Shown: positions 10,863 through 20,900 of the stretch, piece by piece
How positions within the stretch are numbered: the first letter of the stretch is position 1
How the letters are laid out: each line of letters starts with the position of its first letter
Source of the DNA: Candidatus Latescibacterota bacterium
Lineage (GTDB): Bacteria; Latescibacterota; UBA2968; UBA8231
Reading direction: 5' to 3'
DNA length: 64,000 nucleotides
NCBI GenBank assembly: GCA_965223905.1
Contig: CBDCXV010000011.1
Span: 1,984,001 to 2,048,000 of the forward strand
The notes under the pieces: generated by a model
What the model saw: only the letters and a program-made list of their open reading frames with translations
Told to the model about the DNA's origin: nothing
Databases searched by the model: none
Made by a program: the position numbers and the translations under genes

Positions 10863-11450
10863 ATGGCGAAGATAAAGTCCAACTTTACGCAGGGGCCCGA
10901 AGGCTGGTGTTCCTACGAATATCATGCGAGCATTATCGCGGGGACCAATATTTTCATCCTGACAACCTGGTGCCCGACCGGGGGAATCGACGGCGGCGGG
11001 TATGTCTGGGCCGACCATACTCGCTGGAGTGCGGATGCACCGGAAAGGCCGCTGTCGATCCTGCCGCTGATCCGCTATCAGAATTGGGTGGGGGATGGGC
11101 CGATCGATCTGCGCGAGGCGGAGTTGGGGGTCAGTCTGCGCGGGGACGGCTTGGCCCTCAATGGTGCCGCGTGCTATTTCTGGGCTCATATTGGCGGCAC
11201 GCGTTGGCATTGCAGCGGCCACCCGATTGAGATTCCCGCGGGACGCTGGACAGATGAGCCGACCCGCTTTACGCTTGCAAACGATGAGGCCCGCTGGTAT
11301 CACAGTTGGTCGCGGGATGGGGCGCAGCCCGCGGGTCTCGAGCAGGTGCTGGCCAATGCCGAGTCCTTCGGATTTTCGTTTGTCGGCTTTGGCGGCGAGG
11401 TTTCCGGGCGGGTGTCAATGGGTTATTTCGAGCTCAATCCTGCCGGGTAG
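10863..11450 (+). CDS. Hypothetical beta-rich protein
   Basis: AGGAGG RBS, 195-aa Trp-rich ORF, no family recognised. Confidence 0.65.
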   Translation: MAKIKSNFTQGPEGWCSYEYHASIIAGTNIFILTTWCPTGGIDGGGYVWADHTRWSADAPERPLSILPLIRYQNWVGDGPIDLREAELGVSLRGDGLALNGAACYFWAHIGGTRWHCSGHPIEIPAGRWTDEPTRFTLANDEARWYHSWSRDGAQPAGLEQVLANAESFGFSFVGFGGEVSGRVSMGYFELNPAG

Positions 11451-11518
11451 GCAGGCATGGACATGGTGCGGATACGGCCCGCAACCTGGCCCTGCTTTGC
11501 GATCCGGCCTATATCATT

Positions 11519-11554
11519 TTCCAATAAACCATCCTGTTCCAATAAACCATCCTG
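11519..11554. repeat. Perfect 18-bp tandem duplication
   Basis: TTCCAATAAACCATCCTG x2 (11519-11536, 11537-11554). Confidence 0.9.
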
Positions 11555-11592
11555 CCTGACTACCGCTTTCCAGTGCCAAGGAGCGAAATACA

Positions 11593-12711
11593 ATGAAACC
11601 CGCCAAAGCACTCGCCACCGCAGCCGGTCGCGGCGACCTCGAAACCATGAACGCCATGCTAAAACAGGACAAGACGCTGGCGAGCAACTGGCAGCCGATA
11701 ATGGACGCCTGTTTCGTCGGACAGGCAGACGCCGTGGCGCTCCTGCTGCAGAACGGCGCCGATCCGAACATCAAATCCAGATCGGCACACCACTACCGTC
11801 CCCTGCACCGCACTGTAGAATTCAAGAAGACGGTGCCCAAACACGAGGGGCACCACCAAGTAGTCGATCTCCTGCTCGATGCCGGGGCCGACCCGTTGAT
11901 GACAGGGAGCAGTTGGCTCATCAGCGCAATTGCCCTCTGCGCCACCGGCGATTCGACCGAATTCCTGCCGGCCCTGCTGAAGAAGGCACCTGAACAGCAC
12001 GACATCTTCCACGCTGCCGTCCTCGGCGACGCCGAGCGCGTGAACACCCTCCTGGAGGCGGATCCGTCCCTGGCAAAAGTTCATCACGAGGGCAGTAAAC
12101 TCTGGACAAACGCCGATGGTTGGACATCCCTGAACTACTGTGTCGGTTCACACGTCGGAAAAGACGACGAGAAGAAGAGCAAGGGTTTGGCACAGATTGC
12201 GCGGTCCCTGCTGGATTGCGGCGCCGACATCACCGGCTGCGTCGATCAGGCAATCTACAGCAACAACATGGAGGTCCTGGGAATGCTCCTCGAGGCTGGC
12301 GGCACTTGCACCGACGACGACACCATCAACCACGCCGCATGCGACGGGCAGTTCGAGGCCTTGGAGATGCTACTGGAGTACGGAGCTAAACTCGACGGTA
12401 CCCGCGGTACCGAGCATCACGGTGGCTATACCCCCCTCGGCTGTGCAGTTTCCAGCCGCAGCATAAAGGGGGCGAAGTGGCTGCTCGAGAAGCGACAGGA
12501 TCCCAACGAAATCAAGAGCAAAGACGGGGAGAACTGCCTGCACGTGGCAGTGCATTTCGGCGCCAGCGACAAGATGCTGCAGTTGCTGCTCGAAAACGGC
12601 GCCAGGATCAACCAGAAGGACAAGCAGGGACGAACCCCGCTGGCGCGGGCCTACGAGAAGAATCACAAGAAAGCAATCGCCTTCCTCGAAACCGCGGGCG
12701 CCCAAACCTGA
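11593..12711 (+). CDS. Ankyrin repeat protein
   Basis: Repeated TPL/LH-A...LLxxGAD/N motifs (LLLQNGADPN, GYTPLG, GENCLHVA, GRTPLA). Confidence 0.9.
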   Translation: MKPAKALATAAGRGDLETMNAMLKQDKTLASNWQPIMDACFVGQADAVALLLQNGADPNIKSRSAHHYRPLHRTVEFKKTVPKHEGHHQVVDLLLDAGADPLMTGSSWLISAIALCATGDSTEFLPALLKKAPEQHDIFHAAVLGDAERVNTLLEADPSLAKVHHEGSKLWTNADGWTSLNYCVGSHVGKDDEKKSKGLAQIARSLLDCGADITGCVDQAIYSNNMEVLGMLLEAGGTCTDDDTINHAACDGQFEALEMLLEYGAKLDGTRGTEHHGGYTPLGCAVSSRSIKGAKWLLEKRQDPNEIKSKDGENCLHVAVHFGASDKMLQLLLENGARINQKDKQGRTPLARAYEKNHKKAIAFLETAGAQT

Positions 12712-13035
12712 CCACCTCCGGAACGCACAAATTTCAGGCATCGACGATCTGCCAGGGTGAGGCGCCAGTCGAATCGCCATCGGCTCGATGGGGACCGTAT
12801 CCGTCACGGGAGGGCAATCCCTTCTTTCGGGCGATCCGCGGGATCTCCGGCTTCGCGGGTCCTTCGGCAGCGAACGACCCGAAGCACGGGCACGGGGCGG
12901 TCATTACGGCCGTGCCTTCTTGAGCGGGGGCAGCGGTCTCTTTATATCATCGCGGGAACGGAATGACCGGTGGAGGGAATTCACCGCGGGTAGGCAACCC
13001 CGGCCTTGCGAGGCCGACAGGATTGGAGAAAGGCG

Positions 13036-14484
13036 ATGGAGACGCAGCCCCTGCACGAATTCGGGACAGAGAAGCAGATCCTTTTCGACGACGCCCTGGT
13101 GGCGGGAAAGCGCGGGTTTCACCTGGCGATGAACCCCGCGGTGCGCGCCGAGCAGCCGGCGCTGGCCGCGGACAGGCCGTGGGAGGCCGGGGGCATCAGC
13201 CAGCCAGCCGTCGCCGCCGGCACCGACGGCCTGCACAAGATGTGGTACTACGGCCACGAGCCCGGCGGCGGCAGCCCGTGGCTCTGCTACGCAGAATCCG
13301 CGGACGGCATCGAGTGGGAGAAGCCGGAGCTGGGGATCTGCGAATACGAGGGGAGCACGAGGAACAACATCGTTGCCCGCGACATCCACGCCGGCGTGTT
13401 CGAGGACCCGCACGACGTCCCGGAACGGCGCTACAAGCTGATCGGCTCGGACCGGTCGAAATGGGGGGTCACCAGCGTCAACTGCGGGGGCGCCCGCTTC
13501 CGCTATTTCACGGGGGAGCTGGAGACCTGGGAGTACCAGGCCGTCATCGGCGCGCACTCACCGAACGGCATCCACTGGACGAAGTACGACGGGCCGATCA
13601 TGCCGTGGTACACCGACACCCACAACGTCGCCTTCTGGGACGACCGCATCGAACGCTACGTCGCCTACGTGCGCTGGAACGATCACCTGCACGTAAACGA
13701 GGAGGGCAGGCAGGTCGGCTCCTTCGACTACCGCTCCATCGCCCGCTCCGAGAGCGACGACTTCGCCCGCTTCCCGGAGCCGGTGAAGGTCCACGAGCCG
13801 GACTTCAGCCTCCCCGAGGACGACGACCTGGCCGGCGGCGGGCTCTACAACACCGCGGCGATCAAGTACCCCCTCGCCGCCGGCGCCTACCTGATCTTCC
13901 CCTCGGCCTACCACCACACCAGCGACACCCTCGACATCCAGCTGGCGACGAGCCGCGACGGCATCAGCTTCGACCGCTTGCCCGAGCCTTTCGTCCGGCT
14001 GGGGACGACGGGCCGTTTCGACTCGCGGTCGTTGTACATGGGGCCCGGCCTCGTTCCCGCCGGTGACGAGCTCTTCCTCTACTACGGCGGGCACCCGCAC
14101 CGGCACGACCTCGACGTCGGCCACCGGGATCCCGGGGGTATCGGGCGGCTCCGCGTCCGCCTCGACGGCTTCGTTTCCCACGACGCCGAAGCCGGAGGAA
14201 TCGTCGCTGACCACGGTCCCCTTCCCGCTCGCCGGGGACCGGCTGCAGGTCAACATGGACGCCAGCTCTCGCGGCTGGCTGGAGGTAGAGATTCTCGACG
14301 CAACCGGGCACACCCTGTGGGGGTACGGCCGGACAGAGGCGGACCGCCTGCACTTCAACGACGTCGCGCAGACCGCGACCTGGAACGGGTCCGCGATCTG
14401 TCGGCGCTGCGCGGAAGGAACGTGCGGCTCCGCTTCAGCGGCCGCTGGGTGAAGCTGTACGCCTTCCAGTTCCTCGGCTCGTAG
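13036..14484 (+). CDS. Five-bladed beta-propeller glycoside hydrolase-like protein (two compensating indels near the C-terminus)
   Basis: KQILFDD, CYAESADGIEWEKPELG, SRDGISF, LRLDGF-type motif. The segment ~14200-14390 reads properly in the alternative frame (LTTVPF...LQVNMDAS). Confidence 0.7.
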   Translation: METQPLHEFGTEKQILFDDALVAGKRGFHLAMNPAVRAEQPALAADRPWEAGGISQPAVAAGTDGLHKMWYYGHEPGGGSPWLCYAESADGIEWEKPELGICEYEGSTRNNIVARDIHAGVFEDPHDVPERRYKLIGSDRSKWGVTSVNCGGARFRYFTGELETWEYQAVIGAHSPNGIHWTKYDGPIMPWYTDTHNVAFWDDRIERYVAYVRWNDHLHVNEEGRQVGSFDYRSIARSESDDFARFPEPVKVHEPDFSLPEDDDLAGGGLYNTAAIKYPLAAGAYLIFPSAYHHTSDTLDIQLATSRDGISFDRLPEPFVRLGTTGRFDSRSLYMGPGLVPAGDELFLYYGGHPHRHDLDVGHRDPGGIGRLRVRLDGFVSHDAEAGGIVADHGPLPARRGPAAGQHGRQLSRLAGGRDSRRNRAHPVGVRPDRGGPPALQRRRADRDLERVRDLSALRGRNVRLRFSGRWVKLYAFQFLGS

Positions 14485-14583
14485 CCTGCGCGCGTATTTC
14501 CGGGGAATCCGGCCGCCGCTGCATCCCGTTCCGGCGTCCGGATCCCGGCCATCCATTCCCGACGGGAAAAAAGCAGTAGGGCC

Positions 14584-16143
14584 TCAGTCGCCGAACCGGT
14601 AGCTGTAGAGGACGGCGTGGCTGTAGCGGATGCACACGACGACCTCCTCGCCGACCAGCCCGGAGACGTTGTCGCGGCGCTTCCAGCGCACCGGCGCGGC
14701 GACCGAGTTCTCCATGACCGACACGCAGTCCTCGTACCGGTAGCCGTCGATCGGCGCCCAGTCCGGCCGGCGCAGCTCGACGACGCACTCCCGCTCCGCC
14801 CACTCCTCGACGACCTCGATATTGACGGTCAGCTCGGGGCCCTCGACGCGCACCGGCCGGGTGATGATCCAGGCGGATGCATCCGTCCCGTCCGGCCCGC
14901 GGCCCCTCAGGTTGCGGCTCGCCATGCCGACGAACCCGTCGAGCCGCAGGTGGGCGCCGGCGATGCAGCGCACCCCGTCGGGGTGCTGCTCCTCGGTGCG
15001 CGAGCAGTCGTAGTAGATGTACATGCGGTCGCCGACGACGATCGGCTCGTTGTGCAGGGGCACGACGCTGCAGCGGTCGTGGGCGCCCGGGGCCCCGACC
15101 GGGATGAACGGGTGGTCGCGGAATACCCGCTTCCACGGGCCGCCGTCCCGGTGGGACAGCAGGTACGTGCTCGACAGGCCGCCGGTGCGCTGGCTGCTGG
15201 CGAACAGGAAGGCGAGGTCCTGGTTGCCGTAGTTGAAGGGGATGAAGCTCTCGAACTGCATCAGCTCGCCGTGGCCGTCCAGCTCGTCCGGGGTCAGCAC
15301 CACCTCGTTCGGGCTGGTGAACTCGACGAGGTCGTCGCTGTAGCTCAGCCCGAGGAAGCGGGTGTACCCGATCCCGGGAATCGGCTCGCTCAGCGGCCGG
15401 TCGAAGAGCATCCAGCGCCGGTTGCGGTGGTCGCGCATCAGGATCATGCGGTCCCCCCCCTCGCACCCCTTGAAGCGCTCCAGCGGCTGGTTCCAGTGGA
15501 TGCCGTCCGGGCTGCAGGTGATGTACTTGGCCCGGTGCGCCCAGAACCGCTCCATGTCCTCCTCGGGGCGGTCGAGCAGGTGCACGCGGTTGTCCCAAAC
15601 GTGGGAGGTCTCCCAGTGGGCGACCATCTTGTAGCGCCGCTCCGGGTCCACCTCGGCTTCGTCGCGGATGATGGTGTGGCCGTCCCAGTTGGTGACGCAG
15701 CCGTCGAACTGCCGCGACGCCGCCTCCCCGGTCAGGAAGATGTTGTTGTCCCGGGAGCCGCGGTGCTCATAGAGGCCGAGGTTCGGCTTCTCCCAGGTGA
15801 GGCCGTCCGTCGACTCGGCGTACATCCCGAGGGAGTGGTGGGTGATCGGGCACTCCCCCGGCATGCCCTGCGGGAAGAAGCCGTACTCCCTGCCGCGGCC
15901 CCAGACGCCGGCGCGGCCCATGTCGTGCCCCTTGGTCAGGTAGGACAGGTACCACAGCCGCAGGCGCCCGTCCTCCTCGCGGATCGCGTTGCCCCAGGCG
16001 GCGACGCCGCGGCCCGGCTCGCCGCTGGTGATCAGGGGCCCGGGCAGCTTGGTCGGCTGGTTGAGGACGCGCCAGGTGCCGAAGGTCTGGTGGATCTCCT
16101 CGTCGTCGACGAACAGGTGCTTCCCCATGTCGTGCGTGGTCAC
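14584..16143 (-). CDS. Five-bladed beta-propeller glycoside hydrolase-like protein
   Basis: KHLFVDD, YAESTDGLTWEKPNLG, SPDGIHW, LRLDGF, LYSYRF. Paralog of the 13036 gene. Confidence 0.75.
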   Translation of the reverse strand: MTTHDMGKHLFVDDEEIHQTFGTWRVLNQPTKLPGPLITSGEPGRGVAAWGNAIREEDGRLRLWYLSYLTKGHDMGRAGVWGRGREYGFFPQGMPGECPITHHSLGMYAESTDGLTWEKPNLGLYEHRGSRDNNIFLTGEAASRQFDGCVTNWDGHTIIRDEAEVDPERRYKMVAHWETSHVWDNRVHLLDRPEEDMERFWAHRAKYITCSPDGIHWNQPLERFKGCEGGDRMILMRDHRNRRWMLFDRPLSEPIPGIGYTRFLGLSYSDDLVEFTSPNEVVLTPDELDGHGELMQFESFIPFNYGNQDLAFLFASSQRTGGLSSTYLLSHRDGGPWKRVFRDHPFIPVGAPGAHDRCSVVPLHNEPIVVGDRMYIYYDCSRTEEQHPDGVRCIAGAHLRLDGFVGMASRNLRGRGPDGTDASAWIITRPVRVEGPELTVNIEVVEEWAERECVVELRRPDWAPIDGYRYEDCVSVMENSVAAPVRWKRRDNVSGLVGEEVVVCIRYSHAVLYSYRFGD

Positions 16144-16157
16144 GTGACACCTTCCCG

Positions 16158-16799
16158 TCAGTTTGCGGCCGGAAGCGCATCGATTGCAGCTATCATCCGA
16201 AGAAAATCGCGGACCGTGCTGAAGACGCTGTGATTCAGATCCCAGTAGTCATTCTTTGCGGCCACTCCTACGGAAAAGTGAGGATTGGGCTTTGTGGTCA
16301 GATAGGCATGGGCACGGGCTTTGTCGGATCTTCCGACAGACACGTCCGGCAGAGCTTCGACACAGTTGAAAAAGTCATCGATGCAGCTCTCCACCGGCGT
16401 AACCGCAATGCTCTCACACCGTAGCGTTTCAAGCATCCCCTGGCGATTGTCGCCGGGTAGTATCAGCACTGCCACCGCCGGGCTGCCCCCGGTGCATTCT
16501 ACAGGGCTGTCTGGCACGGGCAGTGCGGCATTGCTCAGCGCTGACTGAACGCTTTGGAAGGCCCCTCCGGCGGACGTTTCTGCATCCCGAACGATGCCGA
16601 GCCTGCGGACGGTTTCACGAAATCCAGTCGCGCCTACGAATCCCTCCAGGAAATCGCTCAGTTGGTTGACCCCGCCAAAGTTCTGAACCTGGACATTGGC
16701 GATCGAGAGGTGACTGGTAAATGCCTCAAAGAAATTGCGCTGATCATTGCCCTCGACAAGAAGCTGGACTGCCAATTCGATTTCTGCTGGCTTCGGCAT
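16158..16799 (-). CDS. DUF3226-like TOPRIM protein
   Basis: LLVEGND, GIVRDAE, GMLETL; lies directly downstream of the ATPase. Confidence 0.7.
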   Translation of the reverse strand: MPKPAEIELAVQLLVEGNDQRNFFEAFTSHLSIANVQVQNFGGVNQLSDFLEGFVGATGFRETVRRLGIVRDAETSAGGAFQSVQSALSNAALPVPDSPVECTGGSPAVAVLILPGDNRQGMLETLRCESIAVTPVESCIDDFFNCVEALPDVSVGRSDKARAHAYLTTKPNPHFSVGVAAKNDYWDLNHSVFSTVRDFLRMIAAIDALPAAN

Positions 16800-16801
16800 A
16801 T

Positions 16802-17842
16802 CTAGCGCACCTCGAGATTGTGTCGGATGGCGGCACTGATTCCATTTGGCTTGAAGGTGACGCAACGATTTTCCGCGTCGCTGACTTCGAGCCGGTGTAG
16901 AAGAAAGCCGTCAGGGCCGAGAGCGAGATGCGCCGCCTCTATACATTCAAAACTATGCGTGGTGGCGAATATCTGCGTGTGAAACTGCCTGGCTGCTTCG
17001 TCAATGGCCCGCCAGACATCGGGCAGTGCCGAGTGGTGAATGCCGTTTTCAATCTCATCGACGAGAACGACACCATCCGGCATGGAAGCTATGGCCAACA
17101 CGAGCCGGGCAATCTGAGTCATGCCTTCACCCATTGCTGGCAGCGGCACCAGTTCGGGCAACCCGATATCCCCCCAGATCATGGGAGCGCCGCTGGAGGA
17201 ATTGTCTTCGATGCTCTGTAGCTTCGGCTCGATGGCCTGTAGTGCTCTCAAGAGCAAATCGCCCTGTTTCTGTCTTCTCAACTGTCCCAGCTTCGTGGCA
17301 TCTTCCTGGGGATTCCTGGTTCGAGACAAGAGAATTGCAGTAGGCAAGAGAATCTTTGTGGCAGATTGATTGACCTCAAGGTCCTGTCCCTTGATGCGTA
17401 TGTGACTCTCAATTTCCTCATTGAAAGGGTCGCTGTACTGGAAAACGAGCGAACGTTCGTCGAAGAGATTCGTCGCCGAAACGTCGTCCGTACGCTCAAG
17501 GGAGATCTCGGTGGTGGACTGTCGCTCCGAGGTGATCTTCAAGGACAATTCACCACGCGATTCATGATATCCTGTAATGTCAATATGACGCCCCATGTCC
17601 AGATTGTAGAAAAGTTGTTTCCAGAAGGGATCTTGCACTGGAGCACCTGGTTCTTTTCCCCGAATAACATTGGCATTTACGGCCAATTGCGCGTTTCCGG
17701 CACCAGCCAAGAGAAAGAGTGCCTCGAGCAAGCTGGTCTTGCCGGAATTATTCTCTCCGGCGATGAGGTTGATGCTGCTCAACGGATCGATTTCAAGCGC
17801 GTTGAAGCAGCGGAAATTCCGTATCTGCAAGCGTTTCAACAT
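16802..17842 (-). CDS. ABC-type ATPase (AAA_15/AAA_21)
   Basis: IRNFRCF, Walker A GENNSGKT, signature MGEG, Walker B VLVDEIENGIH, ATTHS. GGAGG RBS. Confidence 0.9.
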   Translation of the reverse strand: MLKRLQIRNFRCFNALEIDPLSSINLIAGENNSGKTSLLEALFLLAGAGNAQLAVNANVIRGKEPGAPVQDPFWKQLFYNLDMGRHIDITGYHESRGELSLKITSERQSTTEISLERTDDVSATNLFDERSLVFQYSDPFNEEIESHIRIKGQDLEVNQSATKILLPTAILLSRTRNPQEDATKLGQLRRQKQGDLLLRALQAIEPKLQSIEDNSSSGAPMIWGDIGLPELVPLPAMGEGMTQIARLVLAIASMPDGVVLVDEIENGIHHSALPDVWRAIDEAARQFHTQIFATTHSFECIEAAHLALGPDGFLLHRLEVSDAENRCVTFKPNGISAAIRHNLEVR

Positions 17843-17951
17843 GACATTGACTCCTCCATGATCCAAGAGTACAGGACAGAGAGCACTCGACAGACATGCT
17901 CAAGCCTCCTGCGCACCCGCGTCGGGTTCGTTGGAGGGAGTGGCTTTGCAT

Positions 17952-20900
17952 TCATGACGCCGTGTTGCCCCCGGGTCCCTCGGCTCGCGTATTGGTGATC
18001 GTGGGCTCTGAGGCCAAGCGTCGCCGCCAGTCCGCCAGGATACCAGCGTCGACGCCGAGCGCAGCTGCCGCAGCCCTGTCAAGAGTCTTGCGGGCCTCGC
18101 ATTCCTCGGCCTGCCTCATGGGGAGCAGTTCCGTGTCGCAGACCTGATCGAAGGCATCGCGCAGTGAGGTCCAGGCCGGGCTGTCCGGCTTCGGAATTCG
18201 GATTTCCCGAAGGTGCGCGAGCTGCCACGTCGGATAGGTCAACGTTTGTGCCCTTCGATTGAGCAGCATCAGCCGCACGGGGGTCGAGTTCCACCAGGCG
18301 GCAAGCGATTTCTGTCTATCTTCGCCGGGTACCGCAACTGGCACCCACCATCCGAATGATGGTTGTGCCGTCCACAAGCCCGTCACTCTTCCGCTCACCG
18401 TATTGAGACGCATCGGGACCAGAAGATGGCTTCGTTGCGCCTTGTATCGATCTGCCAAGCCGCGCTTGGCTGCCTTGGGCCGATACCAAACGTCAGGCTC
18501 ACTGAGCAGCGTGCGGCGTAGACTGCCCGCGACTGAATGGAACCCCGGGAGCGCTCCGGGCTCTTCTCCGTCGCAAACCTCGTAGGCGTCCTGGATGCGC
18601 TGGCCTGCGGGACCGATTTCATGGCGCAGTCCGGCGGGCTCCAACAGCGTATTGCGCTCCAGCTCCCATGCGGCCTCCGCCAAGGAGCCATCATACCACT
18701 GCGCCGGGGTCCAGTCCCCGGCGCTGACGAGGTCCGCCGGCCAACGCTGGACGCTGCCCCAGCCTCCTGGCGCACCGGAGGCGATGGCATCTGCCGCCGC
18801 AATCGCCTCTTCGGCGTCGTCCGGCATGACTCGGAGCGATACGAACTCCGTCGCCGGTCGCGCTCCTTGCGGATGGCGTCGACAGACGAGAAGACACTCG
18901 TGGATGCTGGTGTTTTCCGAGAAGTTGATCCGTTTCGGGTCATGCGTGGTCACGATACGTTCGACATGGAAGCGCTCGGCGAGGAAGCGCCGTTCGTCAA
19001 CGCCCGATGCCCCCGTGCAGGCCGTGGCCGGAATTACCTTGGCCAGCACGCCGCGGTCGGTTCGCAGTAGCTGGTCGGAAAGCGGCGTGAAGAACGTACG
19101 GATGCTGTTGGTCGTGATGACCCGCCCCGCCGCCGGATCGCGCTCTTGAAGCCTGTCCCGAATGTCCAGTTCATGCCGCTGCATGTCCTTTACCGACTCG
19201 GCGGTGAACTTTCGACTGCGCTTCCTGTTGTCGGTGAACGGCGCGTTCATGATCACGGCATCGACGCCGCGCAGCGGGAACCGGATTTCCTCACTCTCGT
19301 TCACCTGCTCGGCGTCGAAGTCCTCCAACGATTGCCTGGGCCGCGCCGCCTCGAACAGGTCGAGCCGCTCGGCCTTGGCATTCAGCAACTCAAGAGAGCC
19401 GGCCCTGAACGTGCCGTCGGCCTGCGGGCCGTGGGGCATGGTCAGAAGGTTCATGCGCGCGTAATCGACGGTCGGCGCGCCGAGTGTCATGTTGCAGGCA
19501 GCCAGCTGGACGCCGTGCTGGTTGATGTCCAGGCCGCAGAGCCCATCTTCGACGAGCCGCTTGTGCAGGGTATTTTCGTCCTCGCCGCTCAGCTCCCGAG
19601 TCTCGGCGACCCGGGCTTTGAGGGTCTGAAGCGTGGCCATGAGCAGCGTCCCGGTTCCGCAGGCGGGATCGATGATGCGGAGCGCCGCCACCGTCTCCGG
19701 GTCGGACCAGTCGAGCAAGTCCCGCGTGAAGGCGAGCCGCGCCAGCATGACGGCCGACAGGTTGTTGGTGTAGAAAGCTCCGTCACTCTTGGCTGAGCCG
19801 AGGATCCGGTGGTAAAGCGGTCCCGCGTGGTCGTAGCCGAGATCGCTCAGGGAGTCGGCGACGCGGTTGGCGCACTCGGCGACCATGCGGATGGCGTCGT
19901 CGATCGCCTTGCCTTCGCGCAGTGCCCCGAGCACCGCGAGGCCGGGCCGGAAGACCGGCGCGTAGTCCTTTTCGAGAATCGACTCCCAGGCGACTTCGAG
20001 AACCTCTCTCGGGTGTCTCGCGCCTGCGACCTTGTCGAGCCTGACGATGGTCTTCATCTCCGGCTCGTCGCGCAGGCGGCGCTGCAGCAGGCAGGCGTTG
20101 CAGAGCATGAGCGCGGCGACCGTGCAGATGCCCTTCGAGCCGCCGTCGTCTTCCGGCACGAGGTCGAGGGCTTCTGCGAGTGGACCCTCCATCGATTCTT
20201 CCTGGAGTACAGCGCTGGCGCGCCTCACCGCGTCGGCGATCTCGTCGGCGACGATCTGACCGGGCCTGCCGAGCCCCGAGGCCGCGGCGACATGGGCGTA
20301 GATCCCCTGCTCGGCTTCCTTCAATTCCAGTTCGCGCTGGAGATAGCCGTCCCCGGCTTCGCGCACCACGCCGCCGCCGCTCGAATCGGCCGGCGCCCTG
20401 GCCTTCTGCTCTTCGTAGACCTTGATGAAGTTGGCAGGCGACTCCGCGAGGCGTCCGTCGTGGGCCTGTAGCGCGCGCAGCACCCGGCCCACCGTCCCGT
20501 AGCCCTCGGTGCCTCGCTCGAGCGCCGCGGCCACATCTCGGCCCGGTTCGACGACGACGGGGATGATGATGTAGCCGAAGCGCTTGCCCGGCGCCTTCCT
20601 CATGACGCGGCCGACGGCCTGGACCACGTCGACCTGACTGTCGCGGGGGTCCAGGAAGGCAACGGCGTCGAGGGACGGCACGTCCACGCCCTCGGTGAAG
20701 AGCTTGACGTTGCAGACCACCCGGCACTCTTCGTCGCGGTCGGCCTCGGCCAGCGCCCGCAGTTCCTGATTGCGCCGAAGGGCGCTGGCCGAGGCATCGA
20801 GGTGCCGGGCCGTCACCTTCATCGCCCGGCCGGTCTGCATGCGCCGGGTCGTCGCCCCGAGAACCTGGCTCTCCATGAGCGCTTCGGCATACCACTTGGA

